From IMG/VR virus record IMGVR_UViG_3300023184_004198, positions 1-64,000 of that record: a stretch of 64,000 nt of DNA; one strand, 5' to 3'. Under the pieces are notes generated by a model that did not search any database, had not been told where the DNA came from, and saw nothing but the letters and a program-made list of their open reading frames with translations. Each line of letters begins with the position of its first letter. The first letter of the stretch is position 1. Of the stretch, positions 1 to 8,600 are shown piece by piece. A program made the translations under genes and the position numbers.

Positions 1-1
1 C

Positions 2-37
2 AACGTGATTGACCTCAAGCGCCTGGCAGGTCTTTAA
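2..37 (+). CDS. 3' end of upstream gene, probably prohead scaffold/core protein (partial)
   Basis: Frame reads ...NVIDLKRLAGL-stop immediately before the SD (AAGGAG) and ATG of the major capsid gene. Scaffold identity is inferred from position only. Confidence 0.55.
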   Translation, partial: NVIDLKRLAGL

Positions 38-56
38 TCTTAACAAGGAGACTTAA

Positions 57-1253
57 ATGTCACAAGAACTATTAGAAAGTCGTTGGGGCGAAACCAAAGA
101 GGCACTGTTAGAAGGTCTTAATGGAACCAAACGCAATAGCATGAATGTTATCCTCGAAAACACTCGTCGCTATTTGAAAGAGAATGCAACAGCAGGTAGT
201 ACTGCTGCTGGCAACATTGCAACACTTAACCGTGTTATTCTGCCAGTGATCCGTCGTGTTATGCCCACCGTTATTGCTAACGAGTTGGTTGGCGTTCAGC
301 CCATGACAGGTCCAGTTGGTCAAATCCACACCCTGCGTGTGCGTTATGCCAACAGCTTGACAGATACTTCCGCAGCCGCTACTTCTGTATCAGCTGGTGA
401 AGAAGCATTGAGCCCATTCAAAATTGCTCAAGCATACTCTACCGTTCCTAGCGGTACAAACACTGCTACCAACTACACTGGCGGCAACACAGCCACCATG
501 GAAGGTACTGGCGGTAAGCAAATCAGCGTTCAAATCCTGAAGCAAGCCGTTGAAGCTCGCACACGTAAGTTGCAAGCACGCTGGACATTTGAATCTGCAC
601 AAGACGCACAAGCCATGCATGGTATTGACGTTGAAGCAGAAATCATGGCAGCATTGGCTCAAGAGATTACCGCTGAGATCGACCAAGAGATTCTCTTGTC
701 ATTGCGCTCATTGGCCGCTACTGAGTTCACATACAACCAAGCTACCGTTTCTGGTACAGCAACATTCGTTGGTGACGAACACGCCGCTTTGGCTGTGTTG
801 GTTAACCGTGTTGCTAACTTGATTGCTCAACGCACACGTCGTGGCGCTGGTAACTACGCTGTGGTTTCTTCTGCTGCTTTGACAGTGTTGCAAAGTGCAA
901 CAACTTCTGCTTTTGCTCGCACCACAGAAGGTACATTTGAAGCACCTACCAACACCAAGTTTGTTGGTACATTGAACGGCTCTATGCGTGTGTTTGTCGA
1001 CAGTTATGCTGCTGACACACAAAGCGTATTGGTCGGTTACAAAGGTTCTTCAGAAGCAGACGCACCAGCATTCTACTGCCCATACATCCCATTGATGTCT
1101 TCAGGCGTTGTGTTGGATCCAAGCACATTCGAACCAGTGGTGTCATTCATGACACGTTATGGTTACATCGAATTGACCAACACTGCATCTAGCTTCGGCA
1201 ACGCTGGTGACTACGTTGGTGAGATCGCTGTGTCTAACCTTTCATTCTCCTAA
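57..1253 (+). CDS. gp23: Major capsid protein, T4 gp23-like
   Basis: 398 aa with gp23 motifs VGVQPMTGPVGQIHTLR, RKLQARWTFE, AEITAEIDQEIL, FYCPYIPL and FMTRYG. Possible prohead protease site YLKE/NATAG. Confidence 0.95.
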   Translation: MSQELLESRWGETKEALLEGLNGTKRNSMNVILENTRRYLKENATAGSTAAGNIATLNRVILPVIRRVMPTVIANELVGVQPMTGPVGQIHTLRVRYANSLTDTSAAATSVSAGEEALSPFKIAQAYSTVPSGTNTATNYTGGNTATMEGTGGKQISVQILKQAVEARTRKLQARWTFESAQDAQAMHGIDVEAEIMAALAQEITAEIDQEILLSLRSLAATEFTYNQATVSGTATFVGDEHAALAVLVNRVANLIAQRTRRGAGNYAVVSSAALTVLQSATTSAFARTTEGTFEAPTNTKFVGTLNGSMRVFVDSYAADTQSVLVGYKGSSEADAPAFYCPYIPLMSSGVVLDPSTFEPVVSFMTRYGYIELTNTASSFGNAGDYVGEIAVSNLSFS

Positions 1254-1285
1254 TCAGAGAATCCAACCCAGGGATGGGAAGGAAC

Positions 1286-1311
1286 AAAAAAGCACCCTCG
1301 GGTGCTTTTTT
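1286..1311. terminator. Bidirectional intrinsic terminator
   Basis: AAAAAAGCACC-CTCG-GGTGCTTTTTT lies between the convergent capsid and TPR-GT genes. Confidence 0.9.
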
Positions 1312-1316
1312 GTTGG

Positions 1317-2465
1317 CTATACTTTGAACCAAGTTAGATATTGTTCTATTTTTTTGGTAACACTGGACCAATCTCCCATTGAAGGTTGACGGAATATCCT
1401 TGTGCTAGGATACCAAGGACTTGAGTCTCGGTCTAACATCCAACGCCAATCTGTGGCAAACCACTGTAACATCAACCAGGTAGGTCTTCCCAGTGCACCT
1501 GCTAGATGTGTAATAGCAGTGTCTACGCTAATCACAACATCCAAACAAGTTATCAATGCCGCAGTGTCAGCAAAACTAGCAATGGCTCCTGGGTACATTG
1601 TGACTCCAGCCGCTGCTAGTGCCTGCGATTCTTCATCAGTGGCATCCACCTGCAGGTTGATCCACTCGTATTGCGGATTGTTTTTGACTAACTCCAGCAT
1701 GGTTTCAAATGGCACGCTTTTGTGTTGATTAAGCCAGGCATCTCTACGTCCCGACCATGAAAATCCAACCCGCATGCGTGTTTTAGGACCCATGCGTTGT
1801 AACCAGGCTTTGACATCAGTTTCTTGTGCATTGATATAACTGATAGGACGCGGCAAATTATCTAAAGTAATTCCCAATACTCCAGGAATACTCATGATAG
1901 GAACCCAATAATCAAACTCGGGCGGTTCATCAGTGTATCTGCCAACCCAGTTAATAATACTAGCATTGGCTAACAAAGGAATCATGCCATCCGTGACTTG
2001 AAACAAAATCTTTGCTCCTGCGGCATGCAAGTTAAACAAAAATCTGCAGAACTGTATATTGTCTCCATGTCCCTGTTCACCTATGACCAATATGGTTTTG
2101 TCTTTTAAATCTTGTCCAGTCCAACGAGGTTGAGCATGTTGTGGCAGCGATCCCGCTAGATGTTCATACTGCCAACGTGCTTCGTAGGCCGGCCATCCAC
2201 GAGCATAATCGCCCATGATCAAATAACTCACAGCCAAGTTAAAACGTGCTGTGACATTGTTGGGATCAAGTATGGCAGCATGTTCTAAAAATGGTATGCC
2301 ACGTCTTGGTTGGCCCATTTCTCTCATGACGTTGCCATAGTTGTTGAATGCTGCCGCAGAATCAGGATCTTGACACATGGCCAAAGTATAACACTGCAAT
2401 GCCTGTGCAGGTTGATTGTTGGCACGATATTGGTTGCCTTCTTCAATGAGTTGTGATGAGTCCAT
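1317..2465 (-). CDS. TPR-repeat protein with C-terminal GT-B (GT9-like) glycosyltransferase domain
   Basis: N-terminal TPRs (AAAFNNYGNVMREMG, ARFNLAVSYL), then ILVIGEQGHGDNIQFCRF, VGFSWSG and LDVVISVDTAITHLAGALGRPTW. Confidence 0.85.
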   Translation of the reverse strand: MDSSQLIEEGNQYRANNQPAQALQCYTLAMCQDPDSAAAFNNYGNVMREMGQPRRGIPFLEHAAILDPNNVTARFNLAVSYLIMGDYARGWPAYEARWQYEHLAGSLPQHAQPRWTGQDLKDKTILVIGEQGHGDNIQFCRFLFNLHAAGAKILFQVTDGMIPLLANASIINWVGRYTDEPPEFDYWVPIMSIPGVLGITLDNLPRPISYINAQETDVKAWLQRMGPKTRMRVGFSWSGRRDAWLNQHKSVPFETMLELVKNNPQYEWINLQVDATDEESQALAAAGVTMYPGAIASFADTAALITCLDVVISVDTAITHLAGALGRPTWLMLQWFATDWRWMLDRDSSPWYPSTRIFRQPSMGDWSSVTKKIEQYLTWFKV

Positions 2466-2469
2466 GAGA

Positions 2470-2475
2470 TATTTA
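2470..2475 (-). promoter_or_regulatory. T4-type late promoter box TAAATA, 4 nt before ATG
   Basis: Minus strand TAAATA-tctc-ATG (ATG at 2465). Confidence 0.7.
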
Positions 2476-2513
2476 CAGTATATACAGTGCGGTTTATTAT
2501 TTTAACTGATCCA

Positions 2514-2519
2514 TAAATA
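2514..2519 (+). promoter_or_regulatory. T4-type late promoter box TAAATA
   Basis: TAAATA upstream of the structured leader and the gene at 2608. Confidence 0.65.
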
Positions 2520-2525
2520 AAAGTC

Positions 2526-2600
2526 AACGCAATTCTGCGTTTTATGCGGCTTAACCCACCGCGTAGCGGCTAGAACCCGCATTGGGCTTCTATAAGGAGA
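2526..2600 (+). ncRNA. Candidate structured 5' leader RNA
   Basis: Stems AACGCA/TGCGTT (2526-2541), ATGCGG/CCGCAT (2544-2582) and CCGC/GCGG (2559-2569). Possible pseudoknot CCCA(2555-58)/TGGG(2583-86) just before SD AAGGAG. Confidence 0.4.
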
Positions 2601-2607
2601 AATCATA

Positions 2608-3408
2608 ATGGGAAGAGCTCTAAAAATTCAAAAAACAAATCCTGCCGGTGGTAATGGAGGTGCTTCAGTAAATGTGGATCAAGGCTTTCCACCTTTTTCA
2701 GCATTGACCAATCCTGAATATAACACACCAGTTCAAACTCTGGATGCAGCACAGTTTTTGGGCGTGGTTGGTGGCAGTTCAACAGACAGCACAGCAAGCA
2801 CAACTTATCCAGAAATAGCCGCAGTGGTCAACATTGCTTTGGCTGACGGTACCAGTACCACTGCTGGTGCAGGACGCATTGTGCGCCAAAAAGGCTCACA
2901 CAAGTTCTTGGTAGAATACACTGCTAGTTCAACCTCAGCAGGCAGTTTTATTGTGGGACAAGCATACAAGATTCTTTCTGTGGGCACCACAACTGACTGG
3001 AATGCTGTGGGTCACGGCGAAGGTTCGGCAGCAGTAGGCGATGAATTTACCGCTACAGCAGCTGGTTCTGGCAATGGCACAGCATACCCAATAGGCGTTT
3101 GCATTTTGTCAAACACAGGTACACCTGCCGCTGGATACATGAGTATTGCTTACAGTGTAGGCGACAGCTCTGCTGTGTATGCCAGTTATATCAGCAACAA
3201 GTGGGTACGTGACTGGTCTGGAATGACCTATGCCACATACGCTGACACCAACTACGGTGTTAACATTCAAAGCGGTGAAAATCAGTATGTTACCAACTTC
3301 TTCACAGACGAAGGCAACGTTACTGTATCTGGTGGCGAAATGGTGGGAACAACCTACACAACCAACGCTACTATTCAATTGGCTCAAATCGCCAACGTTA
3401 CTTCTTAA
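2608..3408 (+). CDS. Virion structural protein, function unknown
   Basis: 266 aa, rich in Gly/Thr/Ala/Ser, good SD, follows a late box in the morphogenesis region. Confidence 0.6.
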   Translation: MGRALKIQKTNPAGGNGGASVNVDQGFPPFSALTNPEYNTPVQTLDAAQFLGVVGGSSTDSTASTTYPEIAAVVNIALADGTSTTAGAGRIVRQKGSHKFLVEYTASSTSAGSFIVGQAYKILSVGTTTDWNAVGHGEGSAAVGDEFTATAAGSGNGTAYPIGVCILSNTGTPAAGYMSIAYSVGDSSAVYASYISNKWVRDWSGMTYATYADTNYGVNIQSGENQYVTNFFTDEGNVTVSGGEMVGTTYTTNATIQLAQIANVTS

Positions 3409-3424
3409 TTTGTAAAGTGATCGG

Positions 3425-3457
3425 ATCCTCCCTGATACATACAGGGAGGATTTTTTT
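3425..3457 (+). terminator. Terminator-like hairpin that also sequesters the next SD
   Basis: ATCCTCCCTG-atacata-CAGGGAGGAT followed by a T run. GGAGG (3445-3449) is in the 3' arm, 8 nt before ATG 3458. Confidence 0.75.
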
Positions 3458-4045
3458 ATGAGTGCAGCATTTGTATTGGGCAACGGTGTCAGCCGACTGG
3501 CAGTGAATTTAAATCAACTAAAGCAACGTGGAAAAATCTACGGATGTAATGCCTTGTACAGAGAATTTGCACCAGATGTGTTGGTCAGCACAGATCGAGG
3601 TATTGCACAAACTATTCAAAATTCTGGATATGCACAAAACAACACAATGTATACCAGAAAACCCTTGCCGGGACTGGGTGCTCGTACAGTGCCACAAAGT
3701 TATTTTGGTTACAGTTCAGGACCTATTGCAGTGGGGTTGGCTGCATTGGACAAACATCTAGCAGTATACCTCATTGGATTTGACATGGGCCCAATCGGCA
3801 ACAACAAGTTCAACAATGTGTATGCAGACACAGAATTTTATAGAAAAAGCATAAGTTTGCCCACATTTACTGGCAACTGGATCAGACAAATTGCAACCAT
3901 TTGTCGAGACTTCTCGGACACCAGTTTTCATCGCGTCATGGGCGATACCACTGCCAGTATTCCTGAACTAAACAATATTCCTAATTTAAAAAACATGCCC
4001 ATGTCAGACTTGCTTGACCGTATAAATAACACAAAGGACCTTTAA
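3458..4045 (+). CDS. GT42/GT29/Maf-like (sialyltransferase-fold) glycosyltransferase-like protein
   Basis: Motifs FVLGNGVSR...IYGCNALY and YSSGPIAVGLA...VYLIGFDM parallel, from memory, the CstII-type GNGPS...RCNQFY and TSG...IYLSGIDF motifs. Confidence 0.55.
   Translation: MSAAFVLGNGVSRLAVNLNQLKQRGKIYGCNALYREFAPDVLVSTDRGIAQTIQNSGYAQNNTMYTRKPLPGLGARTVPQSYFGYSSGPIAVGLAALDKHLAVYLIGFDMGPIGNNKFNNVYADTEFYRKSISLPTFTGNWIRQIATICRDFSDTSFHRVMGDTTASIPELNNIPNLKNMPMSDLLDRINNTKDL
4021..4028 (+). promoter_or_regulatory. Late promoter TATAAATA
   Basis: Exact T4 late consensus, 17 nt before ATG 4046. Confidence 0.7.
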
Positions 4046-5554
4046 ATGTCAACAGTCAAACGAGTCAGTGGCGACTACACACTAGAAACCATAAATGCAG
4101 GTGATTTAGTCACTCTACAAAGTACCAATGTAAACATTGTGGGCAATCTCACAGTGACAGGCAATGCTGTGTTGACTGGAAATATCAATGCCGACAAAAT
4201 TTTTAACGGCACCAGTAGTGTAGAAATTCCCACAATCAATGGCAATATCACATTCAATCCTGGTGGCGTCAGCAATATCATGGTGGTATCCCCTTCTGGT
4301 ACTACCTTTAGTGGTGTGGTAGCATTTACAGGCAATGTAGACGCAGGTAATCTCAACACCACCGGCGGTGTTTATACTGCCAGTGGTACTGGTGCTGGCA
4401 ATGTTTCAATTGTCAACGGCAACATGTTGATTGCCTACAGTTCTAATACTACCAGCAATCAAAACATTAGATTTCAAGATTCGAACATAGCAGTAACTTC
4501 AGTAGGTGCAAACATTGGTGGCATAGAATGGTTTACATCTGACGCCACAGGCGCTGGCGCTAGAATCACAGCAAGAATTCGTGCAGTGTACGAAGACAGT
4601 GATGGCAACGCTAACATTCAAATTCAAACTGGCAGTACCTCAACTCCCACGACAAGAATCACTGTGATTGGTAGTTCAGGCAATGTAGGTATAGCCAATG
4701 TGGCACCGTTGCATGCGTTAGCGGTAACTGGCACAGTGTATGGCTCTAGCACACTTACCGCAGTGGGTAATATCACCGGCGGCAACATTGTCACAGCAGG
4801 ACTTGTGACTGTGACTGGTAATGTAAATGGTGGAAACTTACAAACTGCAGGATTGATCACAGCCACTGGCAACGTCACTGGTGGTAATGTAATCAGTTTG
4901 GGTGCGTTGAGTGCAGGTGCTGCTGGTATAACTGCAACTGGTAATATTCGCGGCGGTAACATTGTCAGTGATGACCAAATTTCAGCCACTGGTAACGTAA
5001 ACGCTGCCAACTTTAATGCTACACAAAACTTCAGTACCACAGGCAATGTACGCAGTGGCACAGTAACAGCATCTGGAAATATTGTTGGATCCAATATTCA
5101 AATAACCGGCAACAGTTACGGCACGGGTATTGGAGTAGAAAACATTGTATGGCAACCAACCACTGTGGCATTTAACAGTGCTGTACAGGCCAACGTTGGT
5201 ACATTAGGCTTCTTTATGCTGGGTGGTTACACTTACAAATTTGAAGCATACTTGCCTATATTACCTGCTGGTGCTACCACAACTGGTTTCAGTACATATT
5301 TTGATGCAGGAACTTGTTATTACACTGTTGAAGCACAAACCACACAAACTTCGGCATTTAGCACATCGACCTCCAACGTTTCGGGCACAGCCGCAGCCAC
5401 TCAAGGCATGACTGGTACCACACCTAGAACAGCAAGAATCACAGGCACTATTTACAGCGCCGGCAATGCCAATGTTGCTATACAAGCACAAACCAGTGCT
5501 GCAAATATCAACATACAAAGTGGCGCATTCCTGACCTACACTAGATTATCCTAA
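4046..5554 (+). CDS. Tail fibre-like protein with GN(I/V)TGGN repeats
   Basis: 502 aa with a central TAxGN(I/V)TGGN(I/V) repeat block and a globular C-terminus. Confidence 0.7.
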   Translation: MSTVKRVSGDYTLETINAGDLVTLQSTNVNIVGNLTVTGNAVLTGNINADKIFNGTSSVEIPTINGNITFNPGGVSNIMVVSPSGTTFSGVVAFTGNVDAGNLNTTGGVYTASGTGAGNVSIVNGNMLIAYSSNTTSNQNIRFQDSNIAVTSVGANIGGIEWFTSDATGAGARITARIRAVYEDSDGNANIQIQTGSTSTPTTRITVIGSSGNVGIANVAPLHALAVTGTVYGSSTLTAVGNITGGNIVTAGLVTVTGNVNGGNLQTAGLITATGNVTGGNVISLGALSAGAAGITATGNIRGGNIVSDDQISATGNVNAANFNATQNFSTTGNVRSGTVTASGNIVGSNIQITGNSYGTGIGVENIVWQPTTVAFNSAVQANVGTLGFFMLGGYTYKFEAYLPILPAGATTTGFSTYFDAGTCYYTVEAQTTQTSAFSTSTSNVSGTAAATQGMTGTTPRTARITGTIYSAGNANVAIQAQTSAANINIQSGAFLTYTRLS

Positions 5555-5576
5555 AATAGCAAACAAGTCCTTTTGG

Positions 5577-5582
5577 TAAATA
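5577..5582 (+). promoter_or_regulatory. Late promoter box TAAATA
   Basis: Upstream of SD GAGGA and ATG 5605. Confidence 0.6.
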
Positions 5583-5604
5583 CATCAGAGGACATTGTAG
5601 ATCT

Positions 5605-8600
5605 ATGGCACAACAGATTATTGACATTGGTGCTGCTGCGAATGACGGCACTGGTGAACCATTACGCGATGCATTTAACGCTGTAAATGAAAACTTTACT
5701 GAGATTTATACTGCTGGCCCAGTAGGCAGCAATGTCGTCATCTCCGGTAATACCATCACCGTCACTGGTGTCAACAACAACCTAGTGCTCAAAGCCAATG
5801 GCATTGGCAATATTCAAGCAAATAGTTCAATCATGCCCAGTATTGATGCTGTGTATGACATCGGGGCTCCTACTGCAAGAATTGACACTGTTTATGCTGC
5901 ATATTTTGTAGGCAACGGACAAGGCATTACTGGAATTACCACAGCAGGTACCAGCATAAATTCTGGTACATCCAATGTAAAAATTGTCAGTGCAAACGGC
6001 AATGTAACTGTCAGTGTAAATGGCACATCAAATGTGGCTGTGTTTGGCAGCACTGACTCAAATATCAAAGGAAATCTAGCAGTTGGGAATCTTTCAACTG
6101 CAGGACAAATAACTGCCGCCAGCAATATCACTGGTGGTAATATTAGAACTGTTGGCTCAGTCAGCGCAACAGGCAATATCACAGGCAACTATATTTTAGG
6201 TAATGGTGCATTGTTGTCGGGCATTATTACTTCTGTATCTAACATCAACAACGGCAACAGCAACGTAAACATTCAAAATGCAGGCGCCAATGTTACTGTC
6301 AGTGTAAATGGCATAGCAAACACTGTGGTATTTGGTTCTGCGGCTACTACATTCACTGGTAATATTGTTCCTGGTGCCAACAATGTATACACTTTGGGTA
6401 CTGCTACTCAAAGATTTAAAAACATTTATCTGAGTGGTAACACAATCACTCTTGGTGATTCAACATTTACCGCCAACGCTGATTCTGTTATTTTAACCAA
6501 CCCTGTTGGTGGAACTTTTACCATACAAGGAACCAGTCAACTCAGTGGATCGTCTATTGTAAATGGTCTCAGTCAAATGGCCATTCCTGTGGCCAATGGC
6601 AATGTACAGGTAAGTGTGGGAACCACTGCCAATGCATTGGTGATCAGTGCCACCAACATGCAAAGCATTGGTAACATATTGGCCAACAATCAAATCAGTG
6701 CTGCTGGTAACATTGTGACCAGCGGTTTCTTTGTGGGTAACTTTGTGGGCAATGTCACTGGCAACCTTGTTGTGCCTGGCGTTAACACACAGATTCTTTA
6801 CAACAACTTTGGCAATGCTGGAGCCAGTGCTGCCTTTAGATTTGACAGCACCTCCAATGTGTTAACACTCACAGGTAACGCACAAGTTGGTAACGTTCGT
6901 ACTGTGGGACAAGTCAGTGCCACTGGCAATGTAACTGGCAACTACTTTATTGGTAACGGTTCCTTGTTGACTGGCATTGCTGCCACTTACAGCAATGCCA
7001 ATGTGGCAACATATTTGGCCAGTGGAACCAACACATCAAATATCATTACCACTGCCAATATTGCTGGTGGAAACTTATCTTTAACTGGTGCATTCTCTCC
7101 CAGTTCGTTTAGTTCTGCAGGCAATGTAACTGGTGGCAACCTAAGAACAGCAGGAGTAGTAAGTTCAGCAGGCAACATCATAACTGACGGATACTTTGTT
7201 GGTACGTTTGCTGGCAACATCACAGGCAATTTGACAGTACCTGGATCAAATACACAAGTTATTTTTAACAACGCTGGCAATGCTGGCGCTAGTGCTGGAT
7301 TTAGATTTGACACAGCAGGGCCTAACTTGCTCACAGTCAATGGCAACGTACAGACCATTGGCCTGTTGGCATCTAGCAATGTGTCAGCAGCCGGCAATAT
7401 ATTGGCAAACAATGTTGTCATAACTGGCCTGGTCAGTGCGGTAGGAAGCATATCAACCACAGGCAATATCACTGGCGGAAATATCAACACTGCTGGTCAA
7501 GTCACAGCCACCGCCAATGTAACAGGTGGCAATTTGATCACTGCTGGCACATTGTCTGTGGGCAGTACTGTTAGCGCAACAGGCAATATCACTGGCAGTA
7601 ATATTATTACTACAGGGTCAGTAAGTGCTGGCGGCGATGTCAGTTTACTAGGCAATGTGGATGGCGGCAATATTCGCACTGTTGGGCAAGTCACTGCCAC
7701 AGGTAATATCACCGGCGGCAACATTCTGTTTGGCATATTCAAATTACTTAATAATGGTGATGCACAAGTTGGTAATTTAACTGTCAGCAATGGTCCAGGT
7801 ATTGGCAACCTTCTTGTTGGTAATATTATAAGTGCAACTGGCAACATACTGACCGGCGGTAACGTCAGCGCAACTGCCAACGTTGTTGGCGGTAACTTGC
7901 TGGCTGGATCAGGCGTTATCACCACAACTGGCAACATCACAGGCGGCAATATATTGGCTGGTTCAGGCGTTATTAGTACTGGTGGCAACGTCAATGGAGC
8001 AATATTCAACGGCAATGTGGCATTTGGTACCGGCACAGTGTCGGGCACTGGCAACATCACTGGTGGTAACGTATTAGTTTCAGGTGTGTTGCTATCTACC
8101 AACACAGTTTCAGCAGCCGGTAATGTAATTGGCGGCAACATCAACACAGGTGGAAATATTTCTACTTCAGGCAATGTGATTGCCCAAGACATCAGAGTTG
8201 GTCCAGGCATAACTGGCGGTACCATAAGTGCATTGGGCAATATCACCAGTGCCAACTCATTGAATGCGGTTAGTTTGAGTTTGAGTGGTAATGTTGTATC
8301 ACCACTCAATATCACAGGCAATGTAACTAGTGGCAATATTGTTGCTGTGGCAGCAGTCAATGCTGTTTCAATTAGTGCAAGTGGCAACATCACCGGTGGT
8401 AACATACTTGGCGGAGCCAACGTTAATGCCACAACTCACACAGGTACCACCGTTTCAGTAACTGCTAATATCACAGGCGGTAACTTGAATGCTGCGGGAT
8501 TGAGTCTGAGTGGCAATGTTGTGTCACCACTCAATGTCACAGGTACCGTAACTGGCGGAAATATCATTAGCGTGGCAGCAATGTCAGCAGCCACAATGAC

